Positions 25,455-39,341 of a DNA stretch of 64,000 nucleotides are shown here, piece after piece. Below the pieces are notes generated by a model. That model saw only the letters and a list, made by a program, of their open reading frames with translations. It was not told the origin of the DNA and searched no databases. The stretch is from Octopus vulgaris (Eukaryota), in assembly GCA_951406725.2 (NCBI GenBank), contig OX597820.1:128092001-128156000 (forward strand), read 5' to 3'. The number at the start of each line of letters is the position of its first letter. The stretch's first letter is position 1. Both the position numbers and the translations under genes were made by a program.

Positions 25455-25800
25455 TATGTATGTATGTATGTATATGTGTATTTATGTATGTATTTATGTA
25501 TGTATTTATGTATGTATGTATGAATGAATGTATGTATGTATGTATGTATGTATGTATGTATGTATGTATGTATGTATGAATGCATGCATGTATGTATGTA
25601 TGTATGTATGTATGTATGTATGTATGTATGTATGTATGTATGAATGCATGTATGTATGTATGTATGTATGTATGTATGTATGTATGTATGTATGTATGTA
25701 TGTATGTATTTATGTATGTATGTATGTATGTATGTATGTATGTATGTATGTATGTATGTATGAATGCATGCATGTATTTATGTATGTAAGTATGTATGAA
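25455..25800. repeat. (TATG)n tract
   Basis: Visible. Confidence 0.95.
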
Positions 25801-25884
25801 TGTATATCAATGAAAATAAATAAGTAGATGTGTACAAAGCGGATACTTGTGATGCTACAACTGCTGCTGTTGCTTCTGTTGTGA

Positions 25885-26090
25885 TGAGGAGGAGGAGGAA
25901 GAGAAGAAGAAGAAGAAGAAGAAGAAGAAGAAGAAGGAGGAGGAGGAGAAGAACAATGGGGAGGAGGGGAGGAGGAGAAGGGGAGGAATGAAGAGGAGAG
26001 AAGAAGAAGAAGAAGAAGAAGAAGGAAAAGAAGAACAATCGGGAGGAGGGGAGGAGGAGAAGGGGGAGGAGAAGAAGAAGAAGAAGAGGT
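25885..26090. repeat. (GAG)n/(GAA)n purine tract
   Basis: Visible. Confidence 0.9.
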
Positions 26091-26220
26091 ATCTTTTCTC
26101 TTCAGCCTTTGAATTCATTAGAGTGGTTGTAAATGAGTTTGGTAGAGAAGCACGCTCACACATACAAACACGCAAGCATCCACTAGCCCACCCACACACT
26201 CACACACGCACAAACATACA

Positions 26221-26269
<49 letters not shown>

Positions 26270-26549
26270 TTATATATATATACATACATATATACATATA
26301 CATATATACATGTATATATATATATATAACTATATATATATATATCCATGTAAATATGTATATGTATATGTATGTATTATATATACATACATATATACAT
26401 AAACAAATATATATGTGTATATATATGTATACATACATTTATATTTATACATTGACTACCTTGTTATTCTCAATATACAATATCTGTACATCACTTCAAC
26501 ACTCTCTACATGCATATAAATAAATACATACACACACACACACACATAT

Positions 26550-26625
<76 letters not shown>

Positions 26626-26827
26626 TTTTACATATATACGTGTATGTATGTATGTATACATATATATATTGCTTCTCATTTGTTAACATTGCAACTCAGC
26701 ACAGATACTTGCTTTACAGCTTGCAGGTTGTGTAGCGTCCATTTTGTTACATTAAAACTGGCATGATAAGAGACGTGGGTAATAATACCTACATGTACTA
26801 AATAGACAAACTGACAAATAAACAGGC

Positions 26828-26914
<87 letters not shown>

Positions 26915-27162
26915 AAGACAGACAGACGGACGGACGAACGGATGGACGGATGGACGGACGGACAAACAGAGAGATAGATAGATAAATAAATAGATAAAGA
27001 AATAGAGGGAGAGAGATAGGTAGATAGGTAGGTAAACAGGGTGAAAGATAGATAGATAGATAAATAGATAGATGGATAGATTGATACATACATACATACA
27101 TACATACATACATACATACATACATACATACATACATACATACATACATACATACATACATA

Positions 27163-28530
27163 GATAAGTTTCTTTATTGGCCACACAGGGCTGCACACAG
27201 ATGGGATAAATTACAAGGAAGAGTTTTTCTTTTGGGGGATGAAAAAACAAAAGACAAACGAAACAAAAAAAAGTGGCGTAGGTTTTCGATCAGAAGGGAT
27301 CGTAAAAGGGAAAAAAGAAAAAAAAAGAAAAAAAAGAAAAAGAAAGAAAGAAAAAAGGAAAAGAAACAAAAGAAAAGAAAAAGGAAAAAAGAAGAAAAAA
27401 GAGGAAAAAAGGGGAAGAGGAAAAAAATGATCAATAGGGATCGTGTATCACAGTGTCATGATGTACGGTGTAAAGGGGAAGCAGATAAGGTTTATCCGTG
27501 GGAAGAAAAGCCGACGAAAAAGACCACGGTAACCTCGGTCAATATTGTTATATGTTACCACATTTGTTTGCAAGTGGGTAACCCTCTGTTTTCAATGTCT
27601 GGGTTCATAGGATTATGTTCAAGGTGGCTTCGTCATTCATACGTGCCATCCTTGCTACATTCACCCATCTTTTTTTAAAACATTCGCTAGACAAAACTTG
27701 CCTCTCTACTCTCACTTTCCTTTTCAAGTGGTACTTGAAGAAGTTGATGAGAGATTGACCAGAGAGGAAAGTGTTTGTCTCCAATCCTTTCAGACGCGTC
27801 CACCAGATACATTCTTTCCCCATAGCCACAAGGATTATGAAAATAGCTCTTCCTTCCCGTTTGAAGGAAGGAGGCGTGACAATATTGACGATAGACTCAG
27901 CTGATAAACCGACTCGTCCCACACGTGACAGCAGTTGTTCGACATAAGCCCACAGGTCGGAAATTGTTGGACACTGCACGAGTGCGTGCAGAACGGTTTC
28001 GTCGCTCTAACCGCATCTCGGGCAGGTCGGCCCCGTGCTTCTCGAGCCGTGTCTGTAGAGCTTATCTCGAACGGGTAGCGCTTCTCGGTAGCACTGCCAG
28101 GCCAGGGATCTCTGGAAGTTGTCCATGGACCCTGGCCCGAAAGTCGTCCCGAACAGGCGGGTCAGGTATTCCTCGTCGACGTTCAGGTTCGCCCCGAGCT
28201 CGTCGTCGTACCTCCCCTCCACTAATCCCCTATAGAATGCTTGGGTTGTGATGGAGTCACTTACGGTCGACCCGGGACGGCAGAGTTGCTTGAGAGCAAC
28301 GCGACACTCGCGGTGCCATTCGCCCTTCCTCGGCCTCTTTTTGATCCACGACTGCAGTTCGGTCATGGAGACGAGCTGCGGGAAAGCGTGCCTCACAAAC
28401 GGCGACCACACCTGTTCACCGTCGTCTACGAAGAGCCTGAGATGTCGCAGTCTCAGCGCGTGTCTGCGCATCATCAACCACGGCATGCCCAGTCCTCCTT
28501 TTAACGGGTGTTGACAGCAAATGGATCGCC
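27163..28530 (-). mobile_element. 5'-truncated Tx1/L1-clade LINE (ORF2 C-terminus + 3' UTR) inserted in a (GATA)n tract
   Basis: GGLGMPW, LAWQCYREALPVRDKL, CPRCG*SDETVLHALVQC (CCHC zinc knuckle), KECIWWTR; single stop at 28007-28009; U-rich 3' UTR, AATAAAGAAAC end; tetranucleotide microsatellite on both sides. Confidence 0.92.
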
Positions 28531-28606
<76 letters not shown>

Positions 28607-28694
28607 CAGGGCGGTTGATGAAAAGTGGTATTTCAAACAGAGAGTATAGTTTTCCTTTATTATTTCCGTTTTGTGCTGTTTCCGACACAGCTTT

Positions 28695-28698
28695 TGTT

Positions 28699-28757
<59 letters not shown>

Positions 28758-28775
28758 AGTAGTAGTAGTAGTAGC

Positions 28776-28850
<75 letters not shown>
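28695..28850. repeat. (TTG)n(TAG)n tract
   Basis: Visible. Confidence 0.95.
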
Positions 28851-29100
28851 TGCGGTGGAAAGGCAGAAAGTGGAATGAGCATGACTGTAGACCAGATGTC
28901 GGAGAAGTGTATTAGTGTAACCTTATGACCGTGGGTTGATCTTTCTCCTGATTTGGTCGGGAATGAGTGTGTGTGTGCAGTAACAGCATCAGCAGTAACA
29001 CCAACCTAGATGTGGGAATCATGAGAGCCTTGTAGAATGGCCATAAATATTGGAGTTGAGTAAGAATGGTTATCTTCTAACATTTTTTAGACAAGATCAA

Positions 29101-29305
29101 GGCGGCGAGCTGGCAGAATCGTTAGCACACCGAGCAAAATGCCTCGTCCGTCTTTGTGATCCGAGTTCAAATTTCCCCGAGATCGACTTTGCCTTTCATC
29201 TTCTCGTGGTCGACGAAGTAAATACCAGCTACGTACTGGAGTTGATATAATCGACTAGCCCCTCATCCAATATTTCAGGCCTTGTGCCTTTAGTAGAAAG
29301 GATTA
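29101..29305 (+). mobile_element. SINE family A
   Basis: GGCGGCGAGCTGGCAGAATCGTTAGC...CAGGCCTTGTGCCTTTAGTAGAAAGGATTA, collinear with 9788-9990. Confidence 0.9.
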
Positions 29306-29834
29306 ATTAGATAGGATGAGATTCATGCCATGTTAAAGATGTGCATTGATCGGGTGAGATCTTTGGTAATCATGTGACCCTGTAGCTGGGGCGATCATGG
29401 AGAATCTAGGTGATTGCTGCTCGTGTTTTGGGGAGTATCTGCGACTGTGCCCTCTTGATATGAGCGGCGTTTGTATTTTCCATGCTGTTTGACAAGACAA
29501 TATTGGCACGGCCCTTGAATGGTTGCTTTCGACATCTTTGTACATAGAACTGTTGCAGATTTGTTGTGTCATGTCTACGCTGCGTATGGATGGTAAATGG
29601 TCGGCAAAGGTTAGGGAAGAATGAAGGGCACTATCAGTTAGACGTAATCGATTATCTTAACGTAGTTTGATAATTCTTTTGCTGTTCTGGTTTCATATAT
29701 CTTCGATTTAGACTATATGTGTGTGTGTGCGTGTGTGCGTGTTTTTGTGTATGTATGAATGATTATATGAATATATGTATGTATCTACATACATACAGGA
29801 GTGTATGTATACAGGGGTACGCATGTGTGTATGT

Positions 29835-30057
29835 ATTTGTGTTTGGCCCTCTCACTGCTTAACAATCGGTGTTGGCTTGTATACATCTCTGTAACTTAGC
29901 GGTGTAGCAAAAATAAACAGAAAGAATAAATACTATACTTTAAAAAAACCAATAACAATATGCTGAAGACGATTTGTTCGTCTCAACTCTTGAAGGCGGT
30001 TTCCCAACATGGTCGCTATCCAATGACAGAAGCAAGTAAAAAATAAAAGGATAAAAG
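29835..30057 (+). mobile_element. SINE family B 3' half, decayed
   Basis: GCTTAACAATCGGTGTTGG..GTAACTTAGCGG..CAATGACAGAAGCAAGTAAAA. Confidence 0.7.
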
Positions 30058-30159
30058 TATATATACTCACTTTTATATACTTTTATATATTCTTATACGC
30101 ATACACACACGCACGCACACATACGCACACACACGCATACACATACACGCACACACACA

Positions 30160-30220
<61 letters not shown>

Positions 30221-31047
30221 CGAATTGTTAGGCTTAAACAAAATTTAGGTTAGTTAAAATATGTTTGCGACATTTCAACTGCTAAAAGGCAATATAACAG
30301 GACACCTTAGAACATATACATATATTCACACATGTATATACATATATATATACATATGTATATGCATGTATGTTTGTATGTATATATGTATGCATCAAGG
30401 TATGTATATATGAATGCATGCATGCAAGTATGTTTCTATTTATGTATGTATGTATGTATGAATGTATGTATGTATGTATATATGAATGTATGTATGTATG
30501 TATGTATGTATGTATGTATGTATGTATGTATGTATGAATGAATGAATGTATGTATGTATGTATATATGTTTGAATTTACTTCTGTCGTTTAAAACGCTAT
30601 TCATGTATATATGTACGTTAGAACCGAGTGTTTTTGTTATCGATTATATGGATCGAAGACAAATTAGTGAGTATATCGTTCTCAAAATTAAGATTAACAG
30701 ATGCGACTCGACATTTAATCTTGATTAGAAGAGAAATCTCCAGGTTTATGAACCAAACAATAAGTTGTACAAAATTCAATGCTGCGTTGTTAGCCAAGAA
30801 GTAGAATGGATTCTACAGAATGACAACTAAGCAACTGAATTGTTCGTTATAAGTGGTGAAATCTTGGTAACTATTGGTTAGAAATCAAGAGTGTTAGGAG
30901 GTTAGTAGCAAATGATGTAAGTGAGCGACCAAGTGAAGAGAACGGATATTATGAGGAAATGAGAATGAACAGCGTGAAGGAGTCGAAATGTGAAGGAGCT
31001 GATTTGTATGGACGATAATAAAAATGAAGTTTATATATATGTATATA

Positions 31048-31117
<70 letters not shown>

Positions 31118-31689
31118 TGTATTTGTGACCATGTGTGTTAAGAATGAAACTTAGAAAGAGGGAAAAAGAAAGAAAATAAAAGAAAGGAAAATAATTTTTA
31201 AGAAAAAAAAACTAAAGACAACAGTAGTAGCAACAACAACAATGACAACGGCAACAACAAAGGATATTTTTAAAAATAGAAAATAAAAATAGAGAAGAAC
31301 GTATATGAACCCTTAGTGAAGACAACATGAGCTATAATTTGACAGAAGCAAGAAGGAATTTTTAAAATTTGTTTTTATTTTGATACAAAATTGGGCAATG
31401 AATGCAAGTGAAGTAGAGAGAGGTTTTTTGACAAATGATAAAGGGACAAGCAGACGAACGGACGATCGGATGAAGTATTTTAAGAGAAGGCGACGGGTTT
31501 GAGGTGGAGGGTTACAGTTAGGTGAATCGACAGGAATATATATATATTCATACATACATATATATACATACATATACATATACATACATATATATATATG
31601 TATTTACATATATATATATATATGTATTTACATATATATATATATACATATATATACACATATGTAATTCCATATATATATAATAAATA

Positions 31690-31942
31690 AGTAAATGCGC
31701 CCTTTTAAAGCCTAGCCAGGCTCATGGGCCCGATTTACCGGTTGCTGTGGCGTATGTGTTCCCCAGCTGGACGGGACGCCAGTCCATCACAGCGTTACTC
31801 ATTTCTGCCAGCTGAGTGGACTGGAGCAACGTGAAATGAAGTATTTTGCTCAAGAACACAACGCGTTTCCCGGTCCAGGAATCGAAACCACAGTCTTACG
31901 ATCATTATGATGACACCCTAACCACTAAGCGACGCGCCTCCA
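31690..31942 (-). mobile_element. tRNA-derived SINE family D in (TA)n
   Basis: Revcomp GTGGAGGCGCGT..CTTAGTGGTTAGGG..GGTTTCGATTCCTGGACC..TGTGTTCTTGAGCAA..CTGGCGTCCCGTCCAG..AAAAGGGCGCAT; matches 48525-48784. Confidence 0.9.
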
Positions 31943-31944
31943 CT

Positions 31945-32008
<64 letters not shown>

Positions 32009-33631
32009 TGTACATATATATATATATGCATGCGTACACACACACATATGTACATACACAATATGTGAATAGTAAGGAAAAAATTGGAGAAGAAATACGT
32101 GATTGCAAAAGAAAGAAATATTTAATTCATGAATAAAACAAAAAAGAAAATGAGAAAGTATAAATAAGGATATTGACTAGAAAGAAGTTAAGAAAGAAGG
32201 GAGGAATGGAAGGAAGGAAGGAAGGAAGGAAGGAAGGAAGGAAGGAAGGAAGGAACATGTAAGAAGAAGAAAAATGAAAAGGAGAAAGAATCTAAAAAGT
32301 TAGTAAGGGGGGAAATCGAGAATTAATTGGTGAAAGAAGAGAAGGTAAAACAGAAAAGAAATAAATAAAGAAAGAAAGAAAAAAAGAAAGAAGATATACT
32401 GAAGAAGTGAAATGAGGAGAAAAATGGGAGACGAAATGCATAGAAGGGACAAAATTAGGGAATTTAGTAAATGAGAAAATTAAGAGATAGAGAAAGCAAA
32501 AGTAGGGTAGATAGGGATTACCGGTAGACCGAGAAGTAGTGGGAGAAGGGGATATAGTTACACGAAAAATTCAACATTGTAAAGAATGAAGAAAGTTGAG
32601 AAATAAACAGTTTTTTGAACACTTGTACATAGGAAGAGTGAAAGCTCTTATAAAAGCGGGGCTTTGTGAGAAATTATAATGAAAGTTCAAAAGAAACAGC
32701 TGCAGAAATGCCCGCCCGTGATATTAATGCCGAGAGGCCATTGCAGGGTGTGTAACTGATCAATGGTAGAAAAGAAGCATGAACGAAAAGAAATAAAGGT
32801 TAAATGCTGAGAGGTGAAAGTGATGGATAATTATAAAAAGAAGGATAACAAAGAGAAGAAAACTGTTACCTGCCTTTTTATATGTATAACTTTATCTTTT
32901 GGCACGCCACAGCAGAATACAAAGCCAGCCGACTAACAGAAAAGGTTTTGTAATGCATTCATATTCTTGCCAACCATCAAAGCCCTGAGGCGATTTCAGC
33001 AACCAGAAAGCTTCGCGCCATTTCAACTTAACTGCATAAATTAATGTTAAAAGATTACGTTAAGCGGAAAGAAAAGAAAAGAAGAACAGAAAAGATATAG
33101 AGAGAAAAAAGTGAGAAAGAACATTAATGAATAAATGAATGGAAGAATGACTGAATGAAAGGGAATTTTGTTCCATCTGTCTTGGAATCAGTGGCTCTGC
33201 CAACTCAATGTTGCTTCTCAGCGAAGATATAAAAGACGATGATATGAATAACTATTTTATTATAACTGCTGTCGCTCGCTATTGACGCTCCCGTGAAATC
33301 TACAGGGATCGCCTGACAATAAACAGGCGAAATTAATTAAATAACAACGTTCCGGAAAAAATAATGAGCTGCAGTCTTTCCTTCTTTTACTTGTTCCAGT
33401 TTTAGTCGATCAGATCCGACCGATTTCTTTTCGAAGTCTTCTATATATACTATCGGCCACTTTTTCCCAATCGCATATGAATATTATATTTATCCAACAT
33501 ATACAATTTTGTGATTCTTATTAGCAAATGAAACATGTGTAATGTTGAATAAATAATACTAAGACATTTTCCATATTCCTCATTGTCATATTCCTGATAT
33601 ACGATGGCATTTGTACAAATATTCTCTTTTA

Positions 33632-33841
33632 CTCTTTTACACGTTTCAGTCATTTGACTGTTGCCACGCTGAAACACCACTTTGAAGTGTCTTTTGCCGA
33701 ACAAATCGACTCCAGGATTTATTATTTTTTAAGCCTAGCACTTATTCTATTGATATCTTTTGCCGAACCGCTGTTACGGAGTCGTAAACACACCAACAGC
33801 GGTTGTCAGGCGGTGAGGGAGGGACAAACACAGACTCAAAG

Positions 33842-33878
<37 letters not shown>

Positions 33879-34116
33879 AATATAAGGCAAGTTGGTAGAA
33901 ACGTTAGCGCGCCGGGCGAAATGCTTAGCGGTATTTCGTCTGTCGTTACGTTCTGAGTTCAAATTCCGCCGAGGTCGACTTTGCCTTTCATCCTTTCCGA
34001 ATCGATAAATAAAGTACCAGTTTCGCACTGGGGTCGATGTAATCGACTTGATCCATTTGTCTGTCCTTGTTTGTCCCCTCTATGTTTAGCCCCTTGTGGG
34101 CAGTAAAGAAATATAT

Positions 34117-34191
<75 letters not shown>

Positions 34192-34350
34192 GACGGTGTT
34201 CTTTCAGTTTCCGTTTACCAAATCCACTCACAAAGTTTTGATCAACCCGGGGCTACATTAGAAAACTCTTGCCCAAGGTACCTTACAGTGGGAAGGAACC
34301 CAGAACCATGTGGTTGGGAACAAAGCTTCTTACCACACAGCTACGTCTGC
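33632..34350 (-). mobile_element. SINE family B interrupted in its internal microsatellite by a family A SINE
   Basis: Tail half 33632-33860, head half 34190-34350; extra head fragment at ~34365-34480. Confidence 0.88.
33886..34112 (+). mobile_element. SINE family A nested in SINE B
   Basis: GGCAAGTTGGTAGAAACGTTAGC..GAGTTCAAATTCCGCCGAGGTCGACTTTGCCTTTCATCC; variant tail. Confidence 0.9.
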
Positions 34351-35787
34351 GCAGTTACTAAATTACTCACAAAGTATTGGTCGTCTCGGGGCTAGACCAG
34401 AAGCACTTGTTCAAGTACCGCGGAGTGGTACTGAACCTAGAATCTCATGGTTGTGAAGGCAACCTCCTAACCAGAAAACCATAATATACATACATTCAGG
34501 CATATATGTATATGGATGAATGTGTGCCTGCGTACACGCACCTGTTTGTGTGTACTTATAAATATGTGTGTTTGTATCTGTGTGCGTGCGCGCGTGTATT
34601 TCTGTTGGTAGGTTGGTTGGTTGGTTGGTTGGTTGGTTGGTTGGTTGGTTGGTTGGTTGGTTGGTAGGCTGGTTGATTGTTGGTTGGTAGGCTGGTTGGT
34701 TGGTTGGTTGGTTGGTTGGCTGGCTGGTTGGTTGTTTCGTTTGTTTGTTGTAAGCTTCTACTAAAAGCATTGATTTCTTTTGACTGGGTACTATACTACT
34801 GTTTGAGGTGATAGGTGGGGGACTGGTATATGCTAATGAAATTGCGCCAGCGTATTAGCGCTCCTGTCAAAAAATGCCAGCCATCATCAGCAGAAACTAT
34901 TTATGTACGATGAAAATTAGAATATTGTTCGAGCTTGTTCCCAGAACGGAGCTGATTGTTACATTTGTTTTGTCCAATTGTTAAAATTACCAGTCGATTT
35001 GTTGCACGAAAGTGGGATTTACGTACATTAACTAATCACCGGATTTCCTGTTGTGCTTTATGATGTTATATGCCAGACAACTGTAAAAGGCTTCGCTTTC
35101 CAGCCTTCAATATCATGAACAACGCAATTTTTGAGGTTAATTGGAGATTTTTTTCTCTTTCTTTTTTATTCTGCGCATCATTTATCTAAAATTCTGTCAC
35201 AAACGTATTTTTTTCATTCATTCTACCCTCTTTTCTTCGTTTCTTTCTTTATCGTCCTTCTCTCTGTCCCTCTTCTCTATCTCTCCCTTCTCTCTCTCTC
35301 GCTCTTTCTCTCTCTCTCGCTCTCTTTCTCTCTCTCACACACACACATATACATACACTTTTATTCACATTCACTGACACACATGCACACAAGTCCAGAG
35401 TATATCTGTACTACAACGTACTCCTTTTTCCCAGCTCCCTAATTATGTAAAACTATTACTTTTCTTCTCATCAATTTCCTTTTTTTTTTTTGTTTTCTTC
35501 TCCTTTCCTCTTTAGCCCACATTTTCAATGTTATTGCTTTTTTTTCTTACCGTAGTCATGTCCCGTTTAATTTCTTATTAATTTCCTATTCATTTCTTCA
35601 TTCTCTTCCTTTAGCTCTGTATTTGAGTATATGTGTGTATGAGGGTTTGTCGGTGACTCAGTCATTGCAGAATTCATACTTTTCCTATTCATTCACATAA
35701 TAAGTCATATATTTCATTCAGTTTCTCACTTTTCCCACTTTCTTAATGAATGTCTATTTATCTCATTTTCTCTCTTCATTTCGTAGT

Positions 35788-36065
35788 ATATTATATGGTA
35801 ATATAACCTACGTAGAGCAAGCAGACAACACTATCAGTCGTGTCAGCATATCGAAAATTCAGATTAAACAACTGCGACGAGAGATTGTTACTCAGTAATA
35901 GATTTACGTCAGATTTTTACCGATAAAAACCCAACAGGCAACACTACAAAGGTCAGCAGGCCAATATTCCATACCATTATAAGCCAGACGCCGCCATAAC
36001 AACAAACGTATTCGAATTTCTCAAAAATTTCGTATTCATTTTAATGGACTAAAACATCTTATTCT
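35788..36065 (+). other. Candidate non-coding exon
   Basis: TTTTCTCTCTTCATTTCGTAG| acceptor and CT|GTAAGT donor around unique, non-repetitive sequence; all three frames contain stops. Confidence 0.3.
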
Positions 36066-37059
36066 GTAAGTTCTCTATTTATGCATTCTATAGTAATAAT
36101 TTGTGTATTATGTTATTTTATGTACCATTCATTTTTTAATGTATTTCTTCGATATCACTTTGTTGTTTTTTCAGTCATTATTCCTTAGAGAGTTGACAAG
36201 TTTTGTTTCTTTGTTCTGTACAGTTAATAGGTCTCCGTTACAATAAAACATGCGATTATCCATTCACATAGATGTACTTTATACATTTCTGTGTGTGTGT
36301 GTGTATTTGTGTATGTGTGCATGGGAACAGTACAGTGTAAAACATTTTATTCAAAAATCGAATGAGTACATGTGCCTTCTCTTGCTCACAAATTCAATGA
36401 GAAAAACATTCTGCACTGTTTAATTCTACCAGCATAAGGCTCTTTATTTTATTAATATTTTATATTATATATTATTTATTATTATTATTATTATTATTAC
36501 ACCAGCTGTCACGTGTAGGCTGGATCCGGCTGTCTGTTAAGTCCATTGTGAATTTCGTCTCTCTACCTTCCTTTAACTTAGAAGGACATGCAATGTCTAT
36601 CTCTCTGGTGGCCTGGGTGTAAGATGATGTGTGGCGGACGAGATTAAAAGGGCTGAAAGCAAACACTTTCCTCTTTAGCTAAGCCTACATCAACTTTTTC
36701 AAGTTTTGCTCGAAAAGGGAGCTGAGGATGGAGGGGAAAAATGCTCCTTACCAGCAAATTTGTTGAAAGGTAGATGAGAGTGGCGAGCAAGGTCCGAGTG
36801 AAAGTGACTACCTGGAACATGCGTCTGTAAATTGTCGGGGGAACAACAGACAGAAGATACTTGCTCCATGGGTCACCAGGAGCAGGCCTCTGAAGCCCCA
36901 GCTTTTGGGAGGAATTATTTGTTGTTTGAAATTTATTGCTACCGTTATTCATTTTTGTATGCTTTCTAGTAATTCCACACTCTATCGTCATGTACCGTCC
37001 ACTATGTTTTTCTGAACCCTTAATGGTTAATCAAGAAAACATCATCATCATCATTGCTA

Positions 37060-37410
37060 TTATTGTTGTTGTTTTACTTCTCGGGGTGGTCGGTCCTGTT
37101 TGCTCTGGTTCATTTTGTGAGAGCGGACAGCAGCCTGTTGTCAGAGGTCTCACAGGGTCTCTTTCTGCACATTATAAGCTTTGATAATTGGTTGTTGATT
37201 ATTGTGGAAGACATTCAATCTACAAGTACCAATCTTAAAATTCTAGCTGTCTCCAGCAGAAAAAATTTATAGGTTTGCTCTGCTCTCATGTCAATTACGA
37301 TTTCTCTGACATATTTCTCGAACAAGGTTGTTAGTGCTCCGAGTGCCCCTACAACTACAGGAATGACAGACACTCTCCTCATAGTCCACATTCTTGCAAT
37401 TTCTAGTTCT
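37060..37410 (-). mobile_element. R4/Dong-clade non-LTR retrotransposon 3' end
   Basis: LEIARMWTMRRVSVIPVVVGALGAL...LLETARILRLVL* is the typical C-terminus downstream of the restriction-like endonuclease; flanked by trinucleotide tracts. Confidence 0.85.
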
Positions 37411-37439
37411 TGGTCACTATTATTATTATTATTATTATC

Positions 37440-37994
37440 ATTGAGTGAGAGAGCTGTTCATGCCATCAAAGTGACACTGGGGTAAAATATACGAAGCCCA
37501 ATATACCCATCATGACTACCCGTCTGATAAAGGTACACCAGGCACATGTATCACATGTATGTGTGCGACATGGTGATCTCATATCAAGATAAACAGCACA
37601 TGACCTTGCAGGTGGGGCCCAGTTTGAATTTTCTTCAGGTTGAGTAGCCCATCCCGCTCAAACGGTCCCTGAATAAGGGTTGTTTAAGTAAGTTGAAAAA
37701 ACCACCCATGTTTCCAGAGGTGAACTATTCAAACCCCAAAGAATCCCTCTCAACACATGGCTATGATGCTCCCCCACTACTTCTGCTCGTGATCAGAGAT
37801 GCACATATCGTCAGCCACTAAGGGACATGCTCAACTGGTTAAAGTCAAACAACTGACAAGCAAATCTGTGGTATTGAGCAGAATATTTGCTGTAGCCCAT
37901 CTTTTATACCAAGACAAAACAATGTACATGATAACACTTCCAATCATTTAAGATCAGAAGCCATGAGAGCCACTGCCTGGTACTGCATCAGGGC
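37440..37994 (-). mobile_element. Unclassified ~555-bp non-coding element bounded by (TTA)n on both sides (probable retroelement 3' UTR)
   Basis: Sharp compositional boundaries at (TTA)n runs; orientation inferred from neighbours. Confidence 0.5.
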
Positions 37995-38410
<416 letters not shown>

Positions 38411-39131
38411 CTTCCATTTGGCCAACGATAACTGTATAGCCACGATAATAAATGTAACGTTAATTTAACTTGTAATAACTTCATGAAAGAATTTATCGAA
38501 AATGAATGAAAGTTTGTCACAGTATTTTATAGTCCATTCTTTAGTCAATATCACTGCTTTCACCTGATTAGATACATATTTTATTAAATCCTTTTGCTCA
38601 TATTAGCATTCAAAATCATTAGTTTCTGTCTTACCTTCGTTTATATCTAAGATCTTCCATTTCTCTTATGGAACTTGGTGATATGTCCATCGAATATGAA
38701 ATCTTATTTAACAATTCTACTCTCAACTATCTTCTTTATCTTCTCATCTTTATCTTCTCATCTTTAATCCAGCTCTTGACTATGGCATTCCCCGTTTGAC
38801 GATTAATACCGAAAAATTTAGCTATTTTTCGATCGTATTTGCAACATTTCTACCAGCGTTGCAAGTTCAGCTGCACCATTTTGCCGCCAGTGGGTTTTCC
38901 GCCAATGGTTTTCATTGCTGTGTTTTATCAAGTTACAGATGCTATTAACTAACAATATAATGCAATTAAGTCCTATACGTCTCTACAAAGGGCAAAATAT
39001 ATATATATAATTAGAAAGGAAACAAGATTCTAATGATATATTATTACAGATTTCAATGTTACCAATGTAACGGTTTTCTTCAGTTAAGTGATGGATGCAA
39101 GGACTAGAACTTCGTGTGAAGTTCCTAGTAC

Positions 39132-39310
39132 TATGTATGTAAGTATGCATGTATGTAAGTATGCATGTATGTATGTATGTATGTATGTATGTAAGTATGC
39201 ATGTATGTATGTATGTATGTATGTATGTATGTATGTGTGTATGTATGTATGCATGCATGTATGTATGTATGTGTGTATGTATGTGTGTATGTAATGTATG
39301 TATGTATGTA

Positions 39311-39341
<31 letters not shown>

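Noticed and set aside
25778-26329. Poly-E/K, poly-S/F, poly-L ORFs; also poly-Q/V/C at 28615-28928 and poly-K at 27232-27678
   Set aside because: Trinucleotide and purine tracts without flanking coding context.
29330-29640. GC-richer segment with 79-aa minus ORF
   Set aside because: No splice signals or recognisable motif; probably a decayed LINE fragment.
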